Shown here: one piece after another, positions 19,456-28,576 of the stretch
How positions within the stretch are numbered: position 1 is the stretch's first letter
Layout: every line of letters begins with the position of its first letter
Assembly: GCA_963718855.1 (NCBI GenBank)
Contig: CAVRAA010000006.1
Span: forward strand, 214,988 to 278,987
From: an uncultured Nitrospiraceae bacterium
Lineage (GTDB): Bacteria > Nitrospirota > Thermodesulfovibrionia > Thermodesulfovibrionales > SM23-35
Direction: 5' to 3'
Length of the DNA: 64,000 nucleotides
The notes under the pieces: generated by a model
Database searches by the model: none
What the model was told of the DNA's origin: nothing
What the model saw: the letters and a program-made list of their open reading frames with translations, nothing else
Program-made: the position numbers and the translations under genes

Positions 19456-21365
19456 ATGACGAAGAAAACATCACACCAAGAAAAGAAAAAAACAAGCTGC
19501 GCGGAAGTGTTCCAGTGTAAGGAGACTTCCTGCCCCGCATATGAATCCGCAAATCATGCATGCTGGCTGATTTCGGGGACGCATTGTCATCAGCAGATTC
19601 AGGGCAAATTTCTGGACAAGATGGGATGTGCATTGACTGCACATTCTTTAATGAAAACGTAGACACCGACTCAATCAAAAAAACACTTAAGATTGTCAAT
19701 ACACAACTCAAGCAGTTCAGGCAGATGGTGGGAGAGAGGGACAGGGAACTGGAAACAATCGGCATGGAATTGGCAATCGGCCTTTCAGAGTCGTTTGAGG
19801 CCCTCAAAAAGATAGCTTCAGGAGACCCCCTTGTGAGGATACCCGTAGCCTCGAAGATAGAGTTGATAGAGAAATTAAAACAACTGATTAATCTTACCGC
19901 CGAGGAATTTGGGGAGTTGGTTGACTTGTCTCATGAGTTTGCAATTGGGATAGCGGAACAATTTGATGTATTGCACAGAGTTTCACTGGGTGATCGGACT
20001 GCCAGGGTTTCAGGAACATCTTCTGTAGAGCTTCTGGAAGCTCTCAGGAATATTTCCAATGCAATGATAGAGAGTGTAGACAGAGAGATCACAGAACGCA
20101 AAAAAATTGAAAAGGAGTTACAGGAGAGCGAGGAAAAATTCAGGACAATCAGTGACGCAGCGAGAGATGCCATAGTAATGATTGACGATGAAGGAAATGC
20201 TTCATTCTGGAACCAGGGCGCAGAAAGAATATTCGGCTATACCGCACAGGAGATTGCAGGGAAAGAACTACATTCGGTTATTGTTCCTTCCAAATACCGG
20301 TCTCTTTCACAGGAAGGTTTCAGTAAATTCAAATTCACAGGTCAGGGCCCGGTTCTCGGCAAGACATTGGAACTGACAGCGTTACGGAAAGACGGAACAG
20401 AATTTCCGGTATCGTTGCCTGTTTCCGCAGTAAAACTGCAGGACAAATGGCATGCGATTGGAATAGTACGGGATATCACCGAACGAAAGAAAGCAGAACA
20501 GGTCATACGGGAGAGTGAAAGGAAATTCAGGGATTTGTTTGAAAATACCACGGATCTGATTCAGATTATTACACCCGACGGACGCTTTCTCCTGGTGAAT
20601 CCTTCATGGATGGTTACCCTCGGCTATTTTGACGACGACATTGGGCATATATCTTTGTGGGACATCATCCATCCGGAAAGTATGCCGCACTGCAAAGAGA
20701 TATTTCAGCAGGTACTCAGCGGCAAAAGTGTACAGAATGTAGAAACTGTCTTGGTTGCAAAAGATGGCAGACCTGTTGTTTTAGAAGGCAATATATCCTG
20801 TTTTTTCAAAGGCGACACACTTGAGTATATACGATGTATTTTTCATGATATTACAGAGCGCAAACGGATGGAAGAAGAGTTGCTGACCCTGTCGCTAAGA
20901 GATGGATTGACATCCCTTTACAACCGCAGGGGTATTGTTACCCTTGCTGAACAGCAGTTAAAGATAGCTGACCGCATGAAAAAAGAAATGCTGATGATTT
21001 ATATTGATCTGGACAAAATGAAGCATATTAATGATACATTTGGCCATCAGGAAGGCGACAGGGCATTAATTGACACAGCGCATATTCTGGAGAACACGTT
21101 TCGCAGTTCGGACATTATTGCACGCCTTGGCGGAGACGAGTTTGCGATACTGGCACTGGAAACCGGTGAGATGTATTCCGAAACGCTGGTAAACCGGCTA
21201 AAGGCAAATGTGGAGACCCACAACGACAAATCAGGCCGCAGTTACACTCTTTCTTTAAGTGTGGGCGTTACTCATTATGATCCTGATGCGCCTTGTTCCA
21301 TAGAAGAACTATTATCTCGTGCAGACGCGCTGATGTACGAGCAGAAAAAAAGAAGAAAACCGTAG
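19456..21365 (+). CDS. 7-Cys module-PAS-PAS-GGDEF diguanylate cyclase, frame interrupted near 19615-19625
   Basis: ORF 19456..19662 encodes the Cys module up to ...GKFLDKMG. ORF 19560..21365 continues ...GMCIDC, then two PAS domains and RLGGDEFAIL (GGDEF). Confidence 0.75.
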
Positions 21366-21380
21366 CGGATTGTTTTTTCA

Positions 21381-22143
21381 CTATCCTTTTCTCTCAAATG
21401 CCTTTCCGGCAAGAAGCACGAACACAATTGATGAAATGATGATGACAAGCGCGCTCGTCATGAGCGAAAAATCAGGGGCCATATGTCCTGTCGCATCCGG
21501 AAAGATCACATACTTCATGGCGTCGATTCCGTAGGTGAGGGGGTTCAGTTTGCCACGAACCTGAGGATGTCCGGCAGGAGCCGCACGGGATACATGGCGC
21601 CTGAGAGAAAGAACATCGGCATGACGATGAAGTTCATAATGACGCTGAAGCTCTCATAGCTGTCGTAAAAGTCGCCAGAACGATGCCGAAGGCGGATATG
21701 CAGAATGACACCGAGGCGCAGATGACGATCAATAGGATGATCTGCAGCACACTGAGGTGAAATCCGACGAAAGGGAAGAGAGCGAGGATGATGGCCGCCT
21801 GGATGGTGGATACAATCGTACCGCTTAACGCCTTGCCGATCACAATCGACAACCTCGATACGGGGGCAACCAGGATCTCCTTCATGAAACCGAATTCCTT
21901 GTCCCAGATGATCGATATTGACGAAAAGATTGAACTGAAGAGGATCGTCATGCCGATAATGCCGGGAAATATGAACTGAGTATAGGAGACGCCTGTATCG
22001 CGCGGAACAAGCCTTGACATTCCCGCTCCGACAATGAAAAGCCAGAGAAGGGGTCGTGCAATGGCAGAAAAAAGCCGGCTCTTCTCACGGATGAATTTCT
22101 TGAACTCCCTGGCTACAATGACGTAGATTGCATTGAATTCCAT
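21381..22143 (-). pseudogene. ABC-2 type transporter permease with two frame interruptions (about 21662-21668 and 21538-21552)
   Basis: The 176-aa N-terminal ORF is followed, in other frames, by DSYESFSVIMNFIVMPMFFLSGAMYPVRLLPDILRFVA and then KLNPLTYGIDAMKYVIF...GKAFERKG-stop. The pieces together form a normal ABC-2 permease. Confidence 0.7.
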
Positions 22144-22160
22144 AGTCGAATTATAAAGAG

Positions 22161-22243
22161 TCAAGGATTCGAGGGGTCAAGGATTCAAGGGTTCCAGTGG
22201 ACAAGACACTCGAATCCTTGAATCCTTGAATCCTCGAACCCTT
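22161..22243. repeat. Inverted arrays of an 8-9 nt unit (CAAGGATTC / GAATCCTTG) forming a long imperfect hairpin
   Basis: Read directly in the 81-nt spacer between the ABC ATPase stop and the permease start. Confidence 0.7.
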
Positions 22244-22245
22244 TC

Positions 22246-23226
22246 TCACTGATGTCTTCTCCTGTATGAGCGAATCGATGCCTTTATCGTCTCATCTCCG
22301 GACAGCTCTTCTTCCCGTATTGTCTTACCGGTGAGTTTCAGAAAAACATCGTTCAGGGACGGCCTCTGTACCCTGACAGAGGTGACTTTATCACCTAATG
22401 TCCTTATTAGTTCGGGGATACAGGTATCCCCTTTGCTGCATGTCATATACAGATCGTTTCCTTTTTCGGAAACACTGAGGTTGAATAATCGTTCAATCTC
22501 GCTCTTTACGTTTACATTGTCGGTGGTGCTCAGCGATACTACATCTCCACCGATAGTTTTTTTCAGCTCTTCAGGGGTTCCTATAACGATAATCTTTCCG
22601 TTATCAATGATTGCGATCCTGTCACAGACCTCTGCCTCTTCCATGTAATGCGTCGTCATAAAAATCGTGACATTCCGACTTTTTGGAAGTTCCGTGATAG
22701 ATTCCCACAGGTTGCTTCTGCTCTGCGGGTCAAGCCCGAGCGTAGGTTCATCAAGAAAAAGGACTCTCGGTTGGTGTATCAATCCCCTCGCCACTTCAAG
22801 CCTGCGTTTCATCCCTCCCGAGAATTTCTTGACGAGGTCGTTTCTCCGGTCAAACAGGTCCGCGAATTTGAGAACAGCCTCCACGCGCTCTTTCATTTCA
22901 CTCTTGGGAACATCGTAGAGATACGCATGAAAGATGAGGTTTTCATAGGCGGTAAGGTCCTTGTCGAGTGTTGTGTCCTGAAAGACGATTCCGATCGCCT
23001 TTCTCACTTCGGACGGCTCCCTCATGCAGTCATGCCCGGCGATAAACGCTTTCCCGGAGGTAGGGGAGAGGAGGGTGCAGAGGATATTGATCGTTGTTGT
23101 TTTTCCGGCTCCGTTCGGACCGAGGAAGCCGAAAATCGAACCTTCTTCAACTTCAAAGGAGATATCATCGACAGCGGTAATGCTGCCGAATTTCTTTGAG
23201 AGTTGCTCTACCTGTATGATTGACAT
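22246..23226 (-). CDS. ABC transporter ATP-binding protein (ABC-2/DrrA-like)
   Basis: Walker A GPNGAGKTT, signature FSGGMKRRL, Walker B LFLDEPT. Confidence 0.9.
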   Translation of the reverse strand: MSIIQVEQLSKKFGSITAVDDISFEVEEGSIFGFLGPNGAGKTTTINILCTLLSPTSGKAFIAGHDCMREPSEVRKAIGIVFQDTTLDKDLTAYENLIFHAYLYDVPKSEMKERVEAVLKFADLFDRRNDLVKKFSGGMKRRLEVARGLIHQPRVLFLDEPTLGLDPQSRSNLWESITELPKSRNVTIFMTTHYMEEAEVCDRIAIIDNGKIIVIGTPEELKKTIGGDVVSLSTTDNVNVKSEIERLFNLSVSEKGNDLYMTCSKGDTCIPELIRTLGDKVTSVRVQRPSLNDVFLKLTGKTIREEELSGDETIKASIRSYRRRHQ

Positions 23227-23272
23227 CTTTCGTTACAAGTCCTAAATATGTGAGATTCTAAGGATGTTGTTC

Positions 23273-23346
23273 CTGTCATTCCCCGACTTGATCGGGGAAT
23301 CCAGAGCAAGAACCTGGATTATCCGGTCAAGCCGGATAATGACAAC
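23273..23346 (-). repeat. MITE-family core copy (inverted orientation, shorter spacer)
   Basis: CTGTCATTCCCCGACTTGATCGGGGAATCCAG...CTGGATTATCCGGTCAAGCCGGATAATGAC is the reverse complement of the cores at 33641-33718 and 45543-45620. Confidence 0.7.
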
Positions 23347-23393
23347 ATTCAGACAGATTTTGCTATATCTATAATTTGAAAAAGATGTTTGCC

Positions 23394-25010
23394 TTAATTG
23401 TACCACTCTATTGTATTCTTCGGCACCTTCCAATGGATAAAATCGTACCAGATGCCGATAGGCGCTTTTTCGACTCCCCTGAACCTTTTGTGGAGCACTG
23501 GCAGGGCATCGGGAACATAGAGGAATGTGTAGGGCTGGTCTTCCGAGAGAATCTCATGGATCCTGTGATAGATTTTTTTTCTTTTTTCGATATCGAAGGT
23601 ACGCCTCCCTTCGAGCAAGAGCCTGTCAACCTCGTCATTTCTGTACGAGATGAAGTTAAAATCGCCCTCCTTTGTTTTGGAGGAATGCCAGATGTCATAC
23701 ATATCAGGGTCTCTGGACAACCCCCATCCCATGATGATCGCTTCAAATCGTTTTTGGTCGATAAACTGATGGAGCATGGCCTGCCATTCGAGAACCTTAA
23801 TATGCATGATAATACCGGTTTTCTTAAGATTCTCTTTGATGATCTGTGCTGTTTTCAGCCTTGCATCGTTTCCCTGGTTCACCAGAACCGTAAATTCAAA
23901 GGGTTTCCCATCCTTTTCGAGAATACCCTCCCGCCCCATTTCCCAGCCGGCTTCCTTCAGCAGAGCCTTTGCCTTTTCAGGATTGTATTCCGAATCCCGG
24001 ACATCCGGGTTATATGCCCATGATTCCGGAGGGAAGGGGCCTGTGCAAGGAGTTCCATATCCGAGAAGGACCCCTGCAATGATATCTTTCTTATTGATAG
24101 CATGTGTTATTGCTTTCCTGATTCTTCTATCCGAGAATCTCGGATCCCGGAGATTATAGCCTAAATAGGTATATCCAAAGGCAGGATATCTGAATTTTTG
24201 AAAGTAATTTTTGAATAGTTCCGTATCAGCCTGAAGTTTGTACTGCGGAGGTGTGAGTGCCATAACATCGATCCCGCCGAACTTCAATTCCAGAAACATG
24301 GTTGCTGTATCGGGGATGACCCTTGCAATGTAGGTGTCGATTTTTGGTCTTCCCTCAAAGTAGGCTTCGTTTGCCTGCAGGACGATTTTCTGCCCCGTTA
24401 CCCATTCCTTCAATTTATACGGACCCGTACCAATGGGATTTCTGCTGTAATATTCTTTTGTTATATCATTTCCATTAAGTATATGTTTAGGTAATATCCC
24501 CATGCCCCATGACTCGAGGGCGGGCGCATACGGCTCATTATACGTTATCCTGACCGTATATTTGTCCAATGTCTCGACTTTCTCAACAGGGCCATAGTTG
24601 CTGCTGTACGGTGAGGGGACCTTCGGGTCGTTTACGGTGTTATAGGTAAAGACAACATCATCTGCTGTAAACTCGATTCCGTCATGCCACAGGACGCCTT
24701 TTCGCAGATGAAAGATGATCTGCAGACCGTCAGACGAGATGTCCCAGGATTCAGCGAGGTCTCCGGTTATTTGTATGTTTTTGTCGTATTTAGTCAGCCC
24801 ATTATAAATCCAGCCGCTGATGTCCCCGGAGGCGCTGTCGGAGGCGAGCAAAGGGATCAGTCTCTTTGCATCGGCGAGAGAGCCGATGGTGATCGCATTC
24901 GGCTTCTTGATCTCAGGCTCGCGTGAACAAGAAAGAATAAGGAAGCACGACAGGGCGAGGGCGATAACAAATCTGAGTTGTATGCGAGGAGACAATAATA
25001 ATCGTTTCAC
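23394..25010 (-). CDS. ABC transporter substrate-binding protein, family 5 (peptide/nickel, OppA/DppA-like)
   Basis: 538 aa with signal peptide/lipobox (LILSC). Typical SBP_bac_5 length and motifs (e.g. WHDG, GTGPYKL). Confidence 0.85.
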   Translation of the reverse strand: MKRLLLSPRIQLRFVIALALSCFLILSCSREPEIKKPNAITIGSLADAKRLIPLLASDSASGDISGWIYNGLTKYDKNIQITGDLAESWDISSDGLQIIFHLRKGVLWHDGIEFTADDVVFTYNTVNDPKVPSPYSSNYGPVEKVETLDKYTVRITYNEPYAPALESWGMGILPKHILNGNDITKEYYSRNPIGTGPYKLKEWVTGQKIVLQANEAYFEGRPKIDTYIARVIPDTATMFLELKFGGIDVMALTPPQYKLQADTELFKNYFQKFRYPAFGYTYLGYNLRDPRFSDRRIRKAITHAINKKDIIAGVLLGYGTPCTGPFPPESWAYNPDVRDSEYNPEKAKALLKEAGWEMGREGILEKDGKPFEFTVLVNQGNDARLKTAQIIKENLKKTGIIMHIKVLEWQAMLHQFIDQKRFEAIIMGWGLSRDPDMYDIWHSSKTKEGDFNFISYRNDEVDRLLLEGRRTFDIEKRKKIYHRIHEILSEDQPYTFLYVPDALPVLHKRFRGVEKAPIGIWYDFIHWKVPKNTIEWYN

Positions 25011-25039
25011 CAGTGGCTAACCTGTTCTCTATCTTTCAC

Positions 25040-25165
25040 GCCAGTTGGCCCGAAGGATTAGGATTATTCCCCCTTAGGAAAGGGGGTTAGGGGGTTGTTT
25101 ACGGAAAAGGATTCTCTCCTCGGCGAGTCGCCCGAGGCGACCGGACAAGCCGGAATGACTGCAAA
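25040..25165. repeat. Composite palindromic repeat region (CCCCCTT-AGGA-AAGGGGG hairpin, TCGCCCGAGGCGA, CCGGACAAGCCGGAATGAC)
   Basis: Shares the CCGG-N-CAAGCCGG-AATGAC half-site with the MITE family. The track ORFs across it (25064..25312, 25095..25295) look spurious. Confidence 0.5.
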
Positions 25166-25230
25166 CACTAAAAATTCATTCACCATCAGCACTTTTTCTT
25201 TGGAGTACCCGACCCCTTCCGGTTCACCCT

Positions 25231-25320
25231 TCAGGTGGGCACGCCAAGCTTCGGGAGCACGATGTACTGGAGCACTCCCCATACGACGACAATAATCAGT
25301 ATGATCAGCCAATCGCTCAT
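25231..25320 (-). CDS. Candidate 29-aa hydrophobic peptide (MSDWLIILIIVVVWGVLQYIVLPKLGVPT), ATGA-coupled to the upstream DsbC-like gene
   Basis: Its ATG (25320-25318) overlaps the TGA stop (25319-25317) of the DsbC-like gene. Single predicted TM helix. Below the track cutoff. Confidence 0.35.
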   Translation of the reverse strand: MSDWLIILIIVVVWGVLQYIVLPKLGVPT

Positions 25321-26084
25321 TTCCTTAGTATCAACTCCTTCAGGGCATTGGCATCCTTAAACCCTGAGACGACCCTTCCGTCCGGCATAACCAGCGTCGG
25401 GGCGCTGGTAATACCTAATTTCCCGGCAAGCTTGATAGTATCATCGACTGCCGTGGTTTTGCATTTGGGAGCAGGCAAAGATTTATTCTCAAAGGCACTT
25501 TCAAGAAGGGCAAGTGATTTTTCGCAGACGATCGCCTTTGCCTTATTGTACGCACCGGCATGCATTTTCAGGGGGAACATCTTGATATGGAACGAGATAT
25601 CTTTTCTTTCTTTGACGACCTTCTTCATCTCCTGATGAAGTTTGGCGCAGAAGGGTCATTCCGGGTCATCGAAGACGATCACCCTGTATTTAGCGTTCTT
25701 CTCTCCGAGAACAATGGCGTCGCCGAGAGGGATTTGAGAGACATTGACTTTGTTGATTTCCGACAGACTCTCCTGCGTCAGATTCCTCTTCCCGTTAATC
25801 TGGTAGAGTGAACCCGTAAAGAGATGTTTTTTGGGGAAATCGATATACACGACCCCTTTCTTTCCGTTCGATTCGACCGATACTTCAAAAAGATACTTTG
25901 CAGCACTGACGCTGATATTTTTTATTGTAATGGCCTGGTCGAAGTCTTTCAGCAGCTTCGCGGCCTCGTCTTTTTTCAGGGTATGGCATTTCGAACAGTC
26001 CTGTCCCTTTGTCGAAAAACCCGATGAATCTGCAGCAAATGACATCATCGATACAGCGAGAAATATGACAAAGGCTCTCCTCAT
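25317..26084 (-). CDS. DsbC/DsbG-like thiol:disulfide interchange protein with in-frame TGA in place of the first Cys of the CxxC motif; candidate selenoprotein with N-terminal CxxCH
   Basis: ORFs 25656..26084 and 25317..25628 are in the same frame, joined by ...VFDDPE-[TGA]-PFCAKLHQE-MKKV... DsbC has FTDxxCPYCxxLH at this position. The C-terminal GITSAPTLVMPDGRVVSG matches the thioredoxin-fold cis-Pro region. Signal peptide and CSKCH near the N-terminus. RBS GGAGG before ATG 26084. Confidence 0.7.
25623..25640 (-). promoter_or_regulatory. SECIS-like hairpin (CUUCAUC-AGGA-GAUGAAG) starting 15 nt after the TGA at 25658-25656
   Basis: Perfect 7-bp stem with a 4-nt loop containing GG, read directly on the minus strand. 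Confidence 0.45.
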
Positions 26085-26157
26085 GCCAACCTCCTTTTCT
26101 CTTCATATTACCATAAAAAAAGTTTTGTCTGCATGCCCCGGAATGCTAATATACAAT

Positions 26158-27951
26158 ATGGTCGAAAAGGGAAAGGCGGCATTGCTCGATATCTTGTCTG
26201 CGGATGGGCTCCTGAGTGAAGAACAGATACGGATGATCAAATCAAAAGAAGCCCTGCAGCGTTCAAAGATATTGAAGTCCAAGACGCAGGGAGTGCGCCA
26301 TATGGTCGTCGACCAGTCGTTCATATCATTGGTGGACGTCATAGAATCGCTGAAAATGTCGTCTCCTAAAGACGGCTCACCCATCACTGCCGATCTAGTT
26401 ATGGCTTCGGTAGCAAAACACCTGCATCTGCCTTTTCTCAAAATCGATCCGCTGAAACTGAATTATGAAATAGTCACCCGGATTATGTCGCGCCCCTATG
26501 CAATAAAACACCAGGTCGTACCCATTGCGCTGTCGGACAATACGCTGACCGTCGCTGCCGCAGACCCTTTCGACAGGGAAGCGGCCGACTGGATCGAGAG
26601 GGTAATGGGGTACAAGGTGGATATTGTATTAACAACAAAAGCGGATATCCTCAAGATCATTACGGAATTCTATGGTTTTAAGTCTGCCATTACTTCCGCG
26701 AATAAGGAAATCGACACGGCGACGGACCTCGGGAACCTCGAACAATTCATAAAGCTGAAGTCTATCGGTGAACTTGAGGCAACAGACCAGTATATCGTCA
26801 ATGCCGTGGAGTTCCTTTTGCATTACGCCTATTCGAGCAGGGCCTCTGACATCCATATCGAGCCGAAGAGAGATGTTACCCTCATCCGCTTCCGCATCGA
26901 CGGTATCTTGCATAACATCCATAAGATACCGAAGACTGTTCATGCCCCCATTGTTTCGCGGATAAAGATGCTTGCACGGATGGATATCACTGAAAAGAGG
27001 AAGCCCCAGGACGGAAGGATCAAAACAGAGCATGAGGGCAAAGAAGTGGAACTGCGCATATCGTCTATCCCAGTTGCCTTCGGAGAGAAGATCGTTATGA
27101 GGATATTCGACCCCGCCATATTAATGCAGGATATCGACAACCTTGGTTTTTTTCCGAAGGAGATGAAGCTCGTAAAATCGTTCATCGCAAACACCAACGG
27201 CATTATCCTCGTCACCGGTCCCACAGGAAGCGGCAAGACCACGACGCTCTATTCTCTCCTGAAAGTTCTCTCGACATCCGAGGTCAATATATCGACGATT
27301 GAGGACCCTATCGAGATGGTCTATGAAGGATTTAATCAGACCGCCGTGCATCCGCAGATTGACCTCACGTTCGCAAATTGTCTCAGGATGCTCCTCAGGC
27401 AGGACCCCGACATTATTATGGTCGGAGAAATTCGGGACCTTGAGACAGCAGATAACGCTATCCAGGCAGCCCTTACAGGTCATCTTGTACTGTCGACCCT
27501 CCATACCAACGATGCGCCGAGTTCAATCGCGCGCCTCATAGACCTCGGGGTTCAGCCTTTTCTCATTAATGCGACCCTCCTGGGGGTGATTGCCCAGCGT
27601 CTTGTAAGAAAAGTCTGTCCCTACTGCAAAGAAGAATATAATCTGACGAAAGACGAGTGTTATCTTCTGAAAATAGATTACGAAAAAGTGAAAAATTACA
27701 GAGTTTCGCTTGGCAGGGGTTGTGAAGAATGCAGGGGGACGGGATACTTTGGGAGGACAGGCGTTTTTGAGATCATGGAGATGACGGAGAAGGTCAGGAA
27801 CGAGGTGGATGCAAAGGCAATCCCCTCGATAATCAAAAAGGTTGCCCAGGGGCAGGGAATGAATACCTTGAGAGAAAACGCGATAAAGCAACTCATTCAC
27901 GGAATCACCACAGTCGACGAGGTGATCCGTGTCACAGGGTTGTCATCGTAA
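26158..27951 (+). CDS. GspE/PilB-family type II/IV secretion ATPase (orphan in this window)
   Basis: N-terminal GspE_N/MshEN-like region, Walker A GPTGSGKTT, Asp/His boxes, and a tetracysteine motif (CPYC...CEEC). I chose ATG 26158. The 109 upstream codons of the track ORF overlap the divergent DsbC-like gene. Confidence 0.85.
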   Translation: MVEKGKAALLDILSADGLLSEEQIRMIKSKEALQRSKILKSKTQGVRHMVVDQSFISLVDVIESLKMSSPKDGSPITADLVMASVAKHLHLPFLKIDPLKLNYEIVTRIMSRPYAIKHQVVPIALSDNTLTVAAADPFDREAADWIERVMGYKVDIVLTTKADILKIITEFYGFKSAITSANKEIDTATDLGNLEQFIKLKSIGELEATDQYIVNAVEFLLHYAYSSRASDIHIEPKRDVTLIRFRIDGILHNIHKIPKTVHAPIVSRIKMLARMDITEKRKPQDGRIKTEHEGKEVELRISSIPVAFGEKIVMRIFDPAILMQDIDNLGFFPKEMKLVKSFIANTNGIILVTGPTGSGKTTTLYSLLKVLSTSEVNISTIEDPIEMVYEGFNQTAVHPQIDLTFANCLRMLLRQDPDIIMVGEIRDLETADNAIQAALTGHLVLSTLHTNDAPSSIARLIDLGVQPFLINATLLGVIAQRLVRKVCPYCKEEYNLTKDECYLLKIDYEKVKNYRVSLGRGCEECRGTGYFGRTGVFEIMEMTEKVRNEVDAKAIPSIIKKVAQGQGMNTLRENAIKQLIHGITTVDEVIRVTGLSS

Positions 27952-27991
27952 TCGTGAGTATTATCAGAAATGTTGATGGGGGAGGTTTATC

Positions 27992-28564
27992 ATGAAAGTA
28001 GTCGCCTTTAACGGAAGTCCGAGGAAAAACGGCAACACCTATCACTCGATCAAGACCGTGTGCGGGGAACTCAATAAAGAGGGTATAAAAACCGAGATCA
28101 TCCAACTCGGCGGCGCAGATATCAAGGGATGCAGGGCGTGCTATAAGTGTTTTGAAAAGCAGAACAGTCGCTGCATCCAGAACGATGACATGAACCTGTT
28201 TATGGAACACATGATTGGGGCGGAGGGAATTATCATCGGCTCTCCGACCTATTTCGCCAATGTCTCCACTGAAGTGAAGGCCCTGATCGACCGCGCCGGT
28301 CTTGTTGCGATTGCCAATAATCATCTGTTGCGAAGGAAAGTGGGTGCGGCTGTGGTGGCTGTGAGAAGGGCAGGCGGAACGGACGTCTATTCCGCCATCA
28401 ACTACTTCTTTGGCATCAATCATATGATCATGCCTGGTTCATCCTACTGGAATCTCGCTGTCGGCCTCAATCCCGGAGATGTCCTGAATGACAAGGAGGG
28501 CATGTCAACGATGAGGGACCTCGGACAGAATATGGCATGGCTGATGGAGAAGCTTTTCGGGTAG
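27992..28564 (+). CDS. NADPH-dependent FMN reductase / iron-sulfur flavoprotein (Isf-like)
   Basis: MKVVAFNGSPRKNGNT flavodoxin-like start, the compact Cys cluster CRACYKC...C, and GSPTYF. Confidence 0.8.
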   Translation: MKVVAFNGSPRKNGNTYHSIKTVCGELNKEGIKTEIIQLGGADIKGCRACYKCFEKQNSRCIQNDDMNLFMEHMIGAEGIIIGSPTYFANVSTEVKALIDRAGLVAIANNHLLRRKVGAAVVAVRRAGGTDVYSAINYFFGINHMIMPGSSYWNLAVGLNPGDVLNDKEGMSTMRDLGQNMAWLMEKLFG

Positions 28565-28576
28565 GGAATGCGGCGT

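Noticed and set aside
22161-22243. CRISPR array possibility for the short repeat clusters (22161-22243, 43861-43893).
   Set aside because: The units are 7-9 nt with no unique spacers, no cas genes are nearby, and the arrays are under 90 nt.
23242-23433. Small ORFs lying over repeat elements (23242..23433, 25064..25312, 25095..25295).
   Set aside because: They are composed of the palindromic MITE/REP sequences themselves. The same translated fragments would recur wherever the repeat occurs.
25831-26157. N-terminal extensions of track ORFs: GspE from 25831, kup from 60763, the PAS kinase from 30748, dapB from 1365, and the Cys-rich protein from 6631.
   Set aside because: The extensions overlap a divergent gene, a riboswitch or non-coding repeats and lack RBS support. 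In each case an internal start gives the canonical family N-terminus.
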